A DNA stretch of 46,636 bases from a virus (Duplodnaviria > Caudoviricetes): positions 1-46,636 of IMG/VR virus record IMGVR_UViG_3300031957_002550; one strand, written 5' to 3'. Both the position numbers and the translations under genes were made by a program. Under the pieces are notes generated by a model. That model saw only the letters and a list, made by a program, of their open reading frames with translations, ran no database searches and was not told the DNA's origin. This document shows positions 17,033 to 25,038 of this stretch, piece by piece. Within the stretch, counting starts at the first letter, position 1; each line of letters starts with the position of its first letter.

Positions 17033-17499
17033 CAGGAACCCTCCGCTTCGAGGCGGTCAGCCAGTTCCAACATGTCGCGCTTGAAGGCGGCGGGGTTTTT
17101 GTTGTACTCGGTGATGCGGTCGTTACCGCGTGGCAGAACACGGAACCCTCCGGGCCATGCATGGAAGGCCGCAGTCAGGCCGCCGCAGTCAGGCGTATAC
17201 CCAGTGTTGTCCAGATATCCGGGCATAGTCAGGGCGGAAAGGGCATCCAGAGGGCGCTGCCACCCTGAGGACATCCCTCTCACATCCGAGATTGTCCACT
17301 TCCCGCCAAGGCGCGTAGCCACCGCAGCGGCCACGCAAGTACTGCACGTACCCCAGTTGAACGTTTGCGGGACGGTGTGCTTTGCCTCAACATCAGCCAC
17401 CGCCATACGGATAGCTTCGCTCATACGAGTTGGGGGATTGTCCTTGTCATAGACCTTGGCAGGCTCTGTGCGGAAATAGTCGGTGCTGTCGAATGCCAT
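17032..17499 (-). CDS. Hypothetical protein, first gene of the PL operon
   Basis: SD GAGGA; directly downstream of PL. Confidence 0.7.
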   Translation of the reverse strand: MAFDSTDYFRTEPAKVYDKDNPPTRMSEAIRMAVADVEAKHTVPQTFNWGTCSTCVAAAVATRLGGKWTISDVRGMSSGWQRPLDALSALTMPGYLDNTGYTPDCGGLTAAFHAWPGGFRVLPRGNDRITEYNKNPAAFKRDMLELADRLEAEGS

Positions 17500-17528
17500 T
17501 GGTGTCGTCCTCTTGTTCGATAAGGACA

Positions 17529-17570
17529 GTCATACGCCCCGTATGATGAAAGGTCAATACGCTGCGTATT
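17529..17570 (-). promoter_or_regulatory. PL promoter with two operators (17531-17545, 17556-17570)
   Basis: TTGACC-N17-TATGAC; palindromes CATACGcccCGTATG and AATACGctgCGTATT. Confidence 0.85.
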
Positions 17571-17613
17571 ATTTTTTCTGGTAGAAACCCCTTACCCGAA
17601 AAAGGAGAATGAT

Positions 17614-17970
17614 ATGCGGGCTTTATTATGCGGGCTGGGATTCGCCGTCATGGCGGGAACAGCGGGGGCGCAGTGCTTCGGAACGGATTCGTTCAAAACG
17701 TGCACTGATGCGCAGGGCAATAGCTATACGGTGCAGAAATTTGGTAACCAGACTATCGTGAACGGGCAAAACCCGCGCACCGGCAGCACATGGAACCAAA
17801 GCTCTCAGACCTTTGGAAACCAGACCTTCACACAGGGGCAGGCGTCGAATGGCAATTCCTGGAACATGACGCAGCAGCGGCTCGGGAACGGCACATATAC
17901 CTACGGCACAGATAGCCGGGGCAACAGCTTCAACGATTTTGAATTAGACCAGCGCGGACCGCGTAACTAG
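17614..17970 (+). CDS. Secreted Q/N/T/G-rich protein in the immunity region
   Basis: SD AAGGAG; signal peptide ending AGA; Cys pair; repeated FGNQT. Confidence 0.8.
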   Translation: MRALLCGLGFAVMAGTAGAQCFGTDSFKTCTDAQGNSYTVQKFGNQTIVNGQNPRTGSTWNQSSQTFGNQTFTQGQASNGNSWNMTQQRLGNGTYTYGTDSRGNSFNDFELDQRGPRN

Positions 17971-18290
17971 TCTTCTTTGGCGATGGCTCGGCCCATAGCG
18001 AGCCACGCCTCTTTCTCTTTTTCATCGAGAATGCGTGACCAGATGTCGATGACCTCTGCAGATCCCCGCATTTCACCCTTGCCATTCAAGAGCCACTGCA
18101 GGTTTACCCTGTAAAGGTCGCTGAACCGGATCGCCTTTTCGGCCTTCAGGGTGTTGCGTCCGTTCTCGTGGGCCTGAATGGCCGATACCGAATACCCTTC
18201 ACCCAGCCGCTCTGCCACCTGCTCACGGGACAAACCTGCTGCCTTACGAGCCTCTTCGAGTCGGGCACCTATGTCTGCGTCTGAAGCCAT
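17967..18290 (-). CDS. cI: CI-like repressor (XRE HTH) without S24 peptidase domain
   Basis: RLEEARKAAGLSREQVAERLG...IQAHENG...WLLNGKG; divergent from the Cro-like gene across the operators. Confidence 0.85.
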   Translation of the reverse strand: MASDADIGARLEEARKAAGLSREQVAERLGEGYSVSAIQAHENGRNTLKAEKAIRFSDLYRVNLQWLLNGKGEMRGSAEVIDIWSRILDEKEKEAWLAMGRAIAKED

Positions 18291-18313
18291 GTGCCGCAAA
18301 TACTCTTTTTAGT

Positions 18314-18355
18314 CATACGTAGCGTATTGACGAACATTCATACGTAGCGTATGCA
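18314..18355 (+). promoter_or_regulatory. PR promoter with two operators (18314-18328, 18339-18353)
   Basis: TTGACG-N17-TATGCA; CATACGtagCGTAT(T/G) twice. Confidence 0.88.
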
Positions 18356-18361
18356 TATCAT

Positions 18362-18610
18362 ATGCCTAAACATATGATCCCCCCAAACGTAAAGAGCTTT
18401 CAGAAGCTTTGGCCGAGTTATTCGGACTTCGCGGCTGATGCTGGCGTTGAGTACGGGACCGCGCAACTTTGGCGGCACCGGAACTCTATCCCGACGGACT
18501 ACTGGCCTGCCATCCTAAAGGGTGCCGAGAGGCGGGGTCTGGATGTGTCCATTGGGCTTCTGTTCCGACTGAAGGGAATAGAGCTGCCAAAAGAGCAGGG
18601 GGCAGCCTAA
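18362..18610 (+). CDS. cro: Cro-like regulator
   Basis: FAADAGVEYGTAQLWRHRNSIP...W; first gene after PR. Confidence 0.8.
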   Translation: MPKHMIPPNVKSFQKLWPSYSDFAADAGVEYGTAQLWRHRNSIPTDYWPAILKGAERRGLDVSIGLLFRLKGIELPKEQGAA

Positions 18611-18852
18611 TGCCCCTCAGCCGCTCGCCTCATCTCGACAACGTTATGTCCCTGACAGGTTTCGAACTGAGCCCACGCTTTCATCATGCCTTCATGACAG
18701 GCCCAGAAGATGTGCGGGGGCAGGGCGTACTCAGCAATGATCTGCTCGGACCCGTCCGGCATTCGTCGCCAGACAGTCGCATCGAACATCTGAAGGGTTG
18801 CGTTCCAGTTGTACTTGGCGACGTCCTTCATCACTTGCTGAAGCTTTGGCAT
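18607..18852 (-). CDS. Hypothetical protein antisense to the PR operon
   Basis: SD GGAGG before ATG 18852; stop overlaps the cro stop. Confidence 0.55.
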   Translation of the reverse strand: MPKLQQVMKDVAKYNWNATLQMFDATVWRRMPDGSEQIIAEYALPPHIFWACHEGMMKAWAQFETCQGHNVVEMRRAAEGH

Positions 18853-19073
18853 AAATCCTCCCAACTGGCGTTCCCTGTCTGTTCCGTCTTAGGACTCAAT
18901 TCCTATTTTGGCAATGGGAACTTTCGTGCATCCCCCGATGCGGTCGTCCAGAAAAGCGTATCTGCAAACATTGCACAACTGTTAACATTCCCCCGGTACG
19001 CGAATTTTTCCGCACTGAAACTCACTCTCACATTTAGCCGTCAATACGGGTTTTCCCTTATGGGGAGAGTGCC

Positions 19074-19226
19074 ATGCTGATCGGCCTCGCCCGCCTCGCG
19101 CTCCCCTCTGAGCAGCTACGCCGCCAGCTGCGGTATCAGGGCCTCCTGATCTTCTCTGTGGCTGTGTCCGTCATGATTACTGCCGGCCTGATGATCTGGC
19201 CGCTCCTCCGGTTCTGGGGGCGCTGA
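19074..19226 (+). CDS. Small membrane protein, 50 aa (not in ORF track)
   Basis: SD GGGGAG; MLIGLARLALPSEQLRRQLRYQGLLIFSVAVSVMITAGLMIWPLLRFWGR. Confidence 0.6.
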   Translation: MLIGLARLALPSEQLRRQLRYQGLLIFSVAVSVMITAGLMIWPLLRFWGR

Positions 19227-19227
19227 C

Positions 19228-19428
19228 ATGCTTTGCTATTTCCCCGGCTGCCAGCGCCCCGCTGACCACACCCACATCACTAAGGGCGCGTCCTGCAAGC
19301 GGCACAGCCAAGGCTATCACGATCCGCTGATTAAGCCGTTCCTGATCTGGCTCACGGGCATGGGCCTCCTCGCAGTGCTTGGTGGCATCGGCGCGGTTCT
19401 CTCATTTAGCCATTTGGCGGGGCGCTGA
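19228..19428 (+). CDS. Small Cys/His protein with TM helix
   Basis: Cx4C...CKRH then a hydrophobic helix; bounded by 14-bp repeats. Confidence 0.6.
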   Translation: MLCYFPGCQRPADHTHITKGASCKRHSQGYHDPLIKPFLIWLTGMGLLAVLGGIGAVLSFSHLAGR

Positions 19429-19429
19429 C

Positions 19430-19900
19430 ATGGCTGGGGGGACAGATCATCCATGGACCTGCCCAGAGTGCCGCCAAGAGGTGGACTACTACGAGTGCGG
19501 CAAGCGTCGCGACCCGCGTTCTACCAGGTTCCGCTCTGTGTGTGGGGATTGCTTTGATCGGATCACGAAAGGCGCCAGCCGTTCTGGTGGGCCTTATCGC
19601 GGTGAAGTCGGTTCAAAGGGTGGTGGCGCCAGCTGGGACGCTGCGGAGCAGATGAAGACCAAGGCGGGCCGTTTGCGTGTCCAGTGCCTCGACATGATCG
19701 CCCAGCATGGCCCTCAAGGCGCTGACCGTCTCGCGTTCCTGATGGACGAGCACACTGACGACATCTCGCCACGCCTTTCGGAGCTTGTGACCCAATACGG
19801 CCTGCTCGTCAAAGGCCCGAAAACAGCCATCACAGACAGGGGCGGCAAAGCCCACGTCTACCAGCTGGCAATCACTCAACAACAAGGAGAAGCGGCGTGA
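19430..19900 (+). CDS. Zn-ribbon plus winged-HTH-like protein
   Basis: CPEC...CGDC; ISPRLSEL helix. Confidence 0.65.
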   Translation: MAGGTDHPWTCPECRQEVDYYECGKRRDPRSTRFRSVCGDCFDRITKGASRSGGPYRGEVGSKGGGASWDAAEQMKTKAGRLRVQCLDMIAQHGPQGADRLAFLMDEHTDDISPRLSELVTQYGLLVKGPKTAITDRGGKAHVYQLAITQQQGEAA

Positions 19901-20115
19901 TCGAGCAGTATTACAATATTGAGGCATTCAAGCATGCGGTGGCCATCCTTACCCCGGTTGTCGTGATTTTTATGGGTGTCGGGACGGTCATAAACGGCGC
20001 AGAAGCGAAGGTTGAGCCGAGGGGGCGTCTTCTGGTTTTTCTCGGTATTGGCTTGTGCGTGCTTGGCTTGAGCGGGTTCATGGCCGCAATGACTGCCACG
20101 CTGGTAGTATCATGA
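19897..20115 (+). CDS. Small two-TM membrane protein
   Basis: SD AAGGAG; GTGA coupling. Confidence 0.65.
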   Translation: MIEQYYNIEAFKHAVAILTPVVVIFMGVGTVINGAEAKVEPRGRLLVFLGIGLCVLGLSGFMAAMTATLVVS

Positions 20116-20297
20116 CCCGTTGCACCCGCACCAACTGCACCCACACAGCAGAGCCATCCAAGACCATCACCGGCAAGCCTCTGTGCCATCGTCACATGAT
20201 GGATGATCGGTGGGCCGCACGCTCTGGCGCTCAACGCTACGCACGCAATGCGCAGATGCCAGCCACATTCAAAAACAAGAAGGGGGTATATTGCTGA
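20112..20297 (+). CDS. Small Cys/His protein
   Basis: CTRTNC...CHRH; ATGA coupling. Confidence 0.55.
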   Translation: MTRCTRTNCTHTAEPSKTITGKPLCHRHMMDDRWAARSGAQRYARNAQMPATFKNKKGVYC

Positions 20298-20575
20298 TGA
20301 TCCGTGAAACCCAAATGAAAACGCTGCTTGATGAGGGCAACAGTATCCGAGTCGTTGCGGAGATGATGGGAGTCCCTGCGGGGACTGTATCGTCTTTCGT
20401 CCGTCGCTCCGGGTACGAGCCCAAATCTCGCGCGCATGACAGACGCATGCTGAAAGCCTGCGCCCTGATTGATGAAGGACTCCCTGACAAGGAAGTGGCG
20501 CAGCTCGCGCAAGTCAAGGAAACAACGGTCGCTAACCTCCGGGCAGAACTGGAGGCGCTTGATGGCCTACAGTGA
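20297..20575 (+). CDS. Tandem HTH protein
   Basis: LLDEGNSIRVVAEMMGVPAGTV and LIDEGLPDKEVAQLAQVKETTV. Confidence 0.7.
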   Translation: MIRETQMKTLLDEGNSIRVVAEMMGVPAGTVSSFVRRSGYEPKSRAHDRRMLKACALIDEGLPDKEVAQLAQVKETTVANLRAELEALDGLQ

Positions 20576-21131
20576 ATCTCTCTCAATTGTCGAGGAACTG
20601 CAAGAGCAGGTCGAGTATTGGCGCGACCGCGCAGAGTCTGCCGAGCGCGCCATCAAGGGCGACAAGTGGAATGAAGCTGTTCCCCCGATGACCCTGCAAG
20701 AAACGCGGATCATGCGCATTATTGCCAGACGTCCCGTGTCAGGTGCGTCGATCCTGGGGACGCTGTACGCAGACTATCCGAACACATCGGACAACGTTCT
20801 GAAGAGTCGGCTGTCCATGATTCGTGGAAAGATGCCAGAGCACCTGAGCCCTACACGGTTCGGTGGCAAGATGACCCCCTACAATGTGCCGGACAGGGAT
20901 GCCCTGAAAGCATTTCTGGGCGAGGTTGAGATAGAGCCCGAGCCGAGCGTAAAAGTGGCCCCTGTTCCACACCGCAAACAATGGGTGGTCCAACAGGCGC
21001 GGATCGAAACACTGGATGGCTGCGTGATCGTTCCGGCCATCCCTCTCGATCTGGCCCACCACATTGCGGCGCTTCTGGCGAAACACCCCGGACCAATTGG
21101 CGGGTCACCTGATCTGGAGGACGCGGCATGA
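20562..21131 (+). CDS. OmpR/CtrA-type winged-helix-like protein without receiver domain
   Basis: SD GGAGG; MTLQETRIMRII...LYADYPNTSDNVLKSRLSMIRGKM. Confidence 0.6.
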   Translation: MAYSESLSIVEELQEQVEYWRDRAESAERAIKGDKWNEAVPPMTLQETRIMRIIARRPVSGASILGTLYADYPNTSDNVLKSRLSMIRGKMPEHLSPTRFGGKMTPYNVPDRDALKAFLGEVEIEPEPSVKVAPVPHRKQWVVQQARIETLDGCVIVPAIPLDLAHHIAALLAKHPGPIGGSPDLEDAA

Positions 21132-21316
21132 CCCCAGCAGAGCTTAAACTGATCTCTGACCCATCGTCAGACCTGCTTCGCTATGAACCGCTCCTGAGGG
21201 CCCTTACAAACAACGGGCTACCGTCATCGGCACCAAAAGGCAACCTACGCCTCCCATCCAATCCAAAGCGAGCCCTCGCTGACATGCAGGCTGAGCTGGG
21301 AAGGGGGCGGGGATGA
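21128..21316 (+). CDS. Hypothetical protein
   Basis: SD GGAGG; ATGA coupling at both ends. Confidence 0.6.
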   Translation: MTPAELKLISDPSSDLLRYEPLLRALTNNGLPSSAPKGNLRLPSNPKRALADMQAELGRGRG

Positions 21317-22155
21317 GTATTCACGTAATCTCAGCCGTCCTGAATTGCCGCGACAAGCAGCTGACCAGTTCGCGCCGCATGGTGCTTGTGTGCCTCGCCA
21401 ACTATGCGGGCGAAGATGGCCGCTCATGGCCCTCACAGAAGCTTATCGCTGATGAGTCCGGATGCGGCATTCGGAGCGTCAAAGACCACATCAAATGGCT
21501 GGACGATAATGGCTTCATTTCCCGCACAACCAAGAAGCTTGGTCAGGGAAATGGCAGCAGAACGAACTACCGCATTTCGTTGCAACGCCTGTCTGAAGGC
21601 ACAAAGGATAGAGGTGCAGAATTTGCAGGTGCAAATAATGCACGTGCAAAATCCGTACCTTGTGAGGGCAGTATTCCGCCCCTCACTAACCGTCAGGAAC
21701 CGTCAATATCTAATTCTAACGAATTAGATTTACGCGACACACCACCCGAACAGCCAAAACGCAAAGCTGCCCCAAGAGGCGCTGCGCGCAAGTGTCAGAT
21801 TCCAACCAGCTGGGCACCTGACCCGACAAGCTACGCCTACGGCTCAAAGCGAGGCCTTACCCCCGAGGAGATGAACCATGAAGCAGATCAATTCCGAAAT
21901 GATGCCGTCGCTAAGCAAAAGCGGTTCATCGACTGGCACGCAGCCTTCAGAACCTGGCTTGGCAACTCAGCCAAATGGAAAGCCGAACGCGCAGCCCGGA
22001 GCAATAATCGCCCGAACACCGCAGGACAACCTCGCCGCGGCGGTCTCGTCGCTGCAGGCCTGCGGGATATCAGTGAGTCACGAGGTTACGGGGAGCCGGT
22101 TTCCGAAGAACGGGGGCTGGGAGCCGGTTATGTCATTGACCGTGAGGCTAGCTGA
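21313..22155 (+). CDS. Replication initiator (N-terminal HTH, lambda O-like layout)
   Basis: VLVCLANYAGEDGRSWPSQKLIADESG; DWHAAFRTW; internal iterons. Confidence 0.85.
   Translation: MSIHVISAVLNCRDKQLTSSRRMVLVCLANYAGEDGRSWPSQKLIADESGCGIRSVKDHIKWLDDNGFISRTTKKLGQGNGSRTNYRISLQRLSEGTKDRGAEFAGANNARAKSVPCEGSIPPLTNRQEPSISNSNELDLRDTPPEQPKRKAAPRGAARKCQIPTSWAPDPTSYAYGSKRGLTPEEMNHEADQFRNDAVAKQKRFIDWHAAFRTWLGNSAKWKAERAARSNNRPNTAGQPRRGGLVAAGLRDISESRGYGEPVSEERGLGAGYVIDREAS
21613..21729. promoter_or_regulatory. Probable replication origin
   Basis: Three tandem 15-bp units (ggtgcagaatttgca, ggtgcaaataatgca, cgtgcaaaatccgta), then AT-rich inverted repeat atctaattc-taac-gaattagat. Confidence 0.7.
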
Positions 22156-22489
22156 CCAGATCGACGCAGACCGTGCGCGGTCGGTCCTTGGTGGCCTGTC
22201 TGGCCCTGCCAAGCGCGAACAGATCGTTGAGTGGCTGACCATCTGCGCGATCAAGACGGCTCACGCGAAGGACGACGATATGTCCAGCGAGTTGAAGCTG
22301 AAAGTCTTCACCAGCGAGCTTCTCCAGTTTCCGGGCGATATCGTCCGCCACGTGCTGGCGAAGTGGCCAAGCAAAAGCAAGTGGTTCCCGACTTGGAAGG
22401 AACTGGAAGACGAGATCACACAGCTTGCAGGCATACGCCCACAAATCATCCAACGGGTGCAGGAGCGCCTAAACCAACAGGGGGACTAA
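21878..22489 (+). CDS. Putative helicase-loader-like replication partner (start uncertain)
   Basis: Follows the initiator; FPGDIVRHVLAKW...KWFPTWKEL. Confidence 0.6.
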   Translation: MKQINSEMMPSLSKSGSSTGTQPSEPGLATQPNGKPNAQPGAIIARTPQDNLAAAVSSLQACGISVSHEVTGSRFPKNGGWEPVMSLTVRLADQIDADRARSVLGGLSGPAKREQIVEWLTICAIKTAHAKDDDMSSELKLKVFTSELLQFPGDIVRHVLAKWPSKSKWFPTWKELEDEITQLAGIRPQIIQRVQERLNQQGD

Positions 22490-22492
22490 ACC

Positions 22493-22789
22493 ATGACCAT
22501 TCTATCCACACCGATCACGAGAGCCTGCGAGTTTGCTGGCGTACCGCTTGAGGTCATCATGAACCCGTGCAAGCGCCCAGTTCAGGTGCGTCTGCGCTGG
22601 GCCTTCTGGTATCACCTCGTAATCGTCGAGGGCTGGAGCCTTCCCCGCGCCGCCCGCCGTGTGAACTTCGATCATACGACCGTGCTCTACGGGCTTCGCC
22701 GGTACGCAGCTGACGAGTTCGGCACTGACGTGAAGTTCACCCTCGCACAGATCCGAGCAGCCGTTCGTGAAATGGAGGAAGCCGCATGA
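22493..22789 (+). CDS. DnaA domain IV (Bac_DnaA_C)-like HTH protein
   Basis: WSLPRAARRVNFDHTTVLYG. Confidence 0.8.
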   Translation: MTILSTPITRACEFAGVPLEVIMNPCKRPVQVRLRWAFWYHLVIVEGWSLPRAARRVNFDHTTVLYGLRRYAADEFGTDVKFTLAQIRAAVREMEEAA

Positions 22790-22866
22790 CCCACTGGTAT
22801 GCCTTCAGTTGCCGCGCAGACCGCACAGAAGCGGCTGCAAACCGTCTTGATGGAGAGACCTCATGA
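22786..22866 (+). pseudogene. Possible N-terminal remnant of a NusG-family gene
   Basis: MTHWYAFSCRADRTEAAANRL resembles an NGN domain start; only 26 aa. Confidence 0.35.
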
Positions 22867-23255
22867 AATACCTCCTACCACTCCCTGCGCTCCTGATCTC
22901 GATGCTGCTCTACATTGCGCTTGCATCGACAGGCCCGCTGGACCGCATTGTCTCTGACTTTGCTGCTCCGTCCGGCGCAATCACGGCCATCACTGCCAGC
23001 GAGATGATTATCCTCCTGAGCGTGCCGCTGTTCGTTGTCGAAATGTGGAAGTCCACGAGCATCGGCAATGTCGGCATGGTCGATCATATGCTGAGCCTTC
23101 TGGTCGCGGTCGTTGCTGGCTTTGCCTACCTGACGGCGCCTGCGTTCGGCACTTCCACCTTCCTGATCCTGGTCGCCATGCAGTTTGCGGACGTGGCAGC
23201 CGGCGTAATCGTATCGATCCGCGCAGCCCGCCGAGATTTCGGCATTGAAGCCTAG
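22863..23255 (+). CDS. Four-TM membrane protein
   Basis: DHMLS, FGTSTF, DVAAG...ARRDFG; SD GGAG. Confidence 0.8.
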   Translation: MKYLLPLPALLISMLLYIALASTGPLDRIVSDFAAPSGAITAITASEMIILLSVPLFVVEMWKSTSIGNVGMVDHMLSLLVAVVAGFAYLTAPAFGTSTFLILVAMQFADVAAGVIVSIRAARRDFGIEA

Positions 23256-23267
23256 AGGAATTTGAAC

Positions 23268-23615
23268 ATGGAACAAAAAGACCTGAACCACTACGCCCGC
23301 GAACTGGGCCTGAAGAAAGTCGCGGAAGATGCGGCATTCAAGACGCTGGAGGTGTCAAAGGCTGCGGCTGATGATGCCCGTGACGCCCGCATTCGTGCCG
23401 AGGAAGAACTCGATATGGCCACGGCGCGCGTGAAGCAGGGACAGCCTGCGGATCTGGATGCGGACATCACGACAGCGGGCGGCACCGAAGCAGAGATCGA
23501 AGCCATCCTGAATGACGATGAGCCGTTTCCTGGCATTTCCGCGGAAGCAGAGACCGAAACCATCGAACCTGAAGCCGAGGAAAAGCCTCGCTTCTCATGG
23601 CTTACCGACGCCTGA
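23268..23615 (+). CDS. Acidic hypothetical protein
   Basis: SD GAGGA. Confidence 0.7.
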   Translation: MEQKDLNHYARELGLKKVAEDAAFKTLEVSKAAADDARDARIRAEEELDMATARVKQGQPADLDADITTAGGTEAEIEAILNDDEPFPGISAEAETETIEPEAEEKPRFSWLTDA

Positions 23616-23636
23616 TCGTCCCCAGGCAACGGTAAA

Positions 23637-23672
23637 TCCCCAGCCAGCAGACTGCCCCCCGCTGGCTGGGGA
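23637..23672 (+). other. Intergenic 12-bp hairpin
   Basis: tccccagccagc / gctggctgggga; no U-tract. Confidence 0.5.
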
Positions 23673-23703
23673 CCTTCACGGGGCTGGGAGTGGGAGTGGG
23701 AAG

Positions 23704-24375
23704 ATGACTGTGATTCAAATGGCTGTGTCGGCCAATGCTATCCTGAAGCAGATCAGTGAGACGGCGGGTTTGCACCCTGATGACATCAAGGGTCGATCGC
23801 AAAGGCCCGTCATCCAGTATTGGCGCAGGCGCGCTTATCTCGAAATCCTCGAACGCAAGGGCTGGTCTGCCCGGCAGGTGGCGTATTTCATGGACAAGCG
23901 CAATCACATGCAGGTGACGCGCGCCCTGCCACTGGCTCGCAAGGAGCGGGATGCCGAGCGCAAGGCGAAGTCCGATCCGCAATACATTCACGAACTCGAA
24001 GCGCAGATCCGGCGCCTGTCCGGAACAAATCTGGCTCTGGAAGTCCAGCATTCACTGAACATACCACTCTGGCAGGCTATATTCCTGTCAATCCTGATGG
24101 AGACCTATCCGCGTGTTTGCGCCGTATCCGATGCCTGTGAACTCTATGATGAAGCCAGCGAGCGCCTGTCCTATGGCACAAGCGGCGGCGTCAGCGATGA
24201 TCAGGCCCGATTGTTTTCCTCCCGCATCAACCGGCACTTCCCTGCGATCGGTCTCCCCAAGCCCGTCATCCTCGCCAATAGGGCGCTTGTCCTGTCGGAT
24301 GACATCGCGCCATGGCTTCACAACAAGTTTGGCAAACCCGTCTCCCTGCCATCTGCGCAAAGGATGACCGGATAA
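23704..24375 (+). CDS. DNA-binding protein, DnaA_C-like N-terminus plus winged-helix-like C-terminus
   Basis: DIKGRSQRPVIQYWRRRAY...WSARQVAYFMDKRNH; SD GGGAG. Confidence 0.6.
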   Translation: MTVIQMAVSANAILKQISETAGLHPDDIKGRSQRPVIQYWRRRAYLEILERKGWSARQVAYFMDKRNHMQVTRALPLARKERDAERKAKSDPQYIHELEAQIRRLSGTNLALEVQHSLNIPLWQAIFLSILMETYPRVCAVSDACELYDEASERLSYGTSGGVSDDQARLFSSRINRHFPAIGLPKPVILANRALVLSDDIAPWLHNKFGKPVSLPSAQRMTG

Positions 24376-24749
24376 TGCTGAACCTGAACCACCTTCCCGC
24401 AGAGCCTCATCCCGAAGTCATAAACCGCACGGTCTCCGCCTGCCATCCTCCGCTTGGCTCCCATAACCGTGTTGTGGAAGTCTTCGGCAATTTCGTCAGG
24501 GACTATACCCGCGACCTGTACCAGCGCGCCTTCATCCAGATCCGCGACATCGACCTGGAGGAAGCAACCTACGAGCACGCAGAGAACGATACCTCTGACC
24601 CGCCATTCCCCAACGGTTACCCTGTCATCGCCATAAGCTTCAATCACTGCCTCATCGCCATGGTCGGCCTCACCTTTGACGGAAACCAGTGCGCCATGAA
24701 GCACGCACAATCCAAGTCATCCAAACTGCTGATAGGGGAGCTCAACTGA
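24375..24749 (+). CDS. Hypothetical protein
   Basis: TAATG coupling. Confidence 0.6.
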   Translation: MLNLNHLPAEPHPEVINRTVSACHPPLGSHNRVVEVFGNFVRDYTRDLYQRAFIQIRDIDLEEATYEHAENDTSDPPFPNGYPVIAISFNHCLIAMVGLTFDGNQCAMKHAQSKSSKLLIGELN

Positions 24750-24856
24750 TGATCCCGCACATCCTCACAGCCATGACCCTTAGCGCAATGGTCATTATCT
24801 GCGCGCTCCCCCTTGTCGGCATCGTCGCCCTCATCAAGCGGAGAAAGCGCTCATGA
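24749..24856 (+). CDS. 35-aa membrane peptide (not in ORF track)
   Basis: SD GGGGAG; MIPHILTAMTLSAMVIICALPLVGIVALIKRRKRS; coupled at both ends. Confidence 0.55.
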   Translation: MIPHILTAMTLSAMVIICALPLVGIVALIKRRKRS

Positions 24857-25038
24857 CCACAGCCCTCATCATCCTCGCCACATGCTGCATCCCCCTCGGT
24901 ATCGTGGCACTCTTCGCATATGACCGCCGCAACTCGCACCGGATCGCAAAGGACATGGCCCGGAAGTTCGGCGCAAACGTTACCCCCGTGAACAGCCCTG
25001 AAGGACAACGCATCATCAAGGGAGTCGACCTTGGCTAA
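24853..25038 (+). CDS. Small membrane protein
   Basis: SD GGAG; N-terminal TM. Confidence 0.6.
   Translation: MTTALIILATCCIPLGIVALFAYDRRNSHRIAKDMARKFGANVTPVNSPEGQRIIKGVDLG

Noticed and set aside
18971-18986. CtrA box TTGC-N7-TTAAC
   Set aside because: Only one half-site matches; could be chance in an AT-rich stretch
18469-19080. 203-aa plus-strand ORF
   Set aside because: Overlaps cro and a better supported minus-strand ORF; no SD or motif seen
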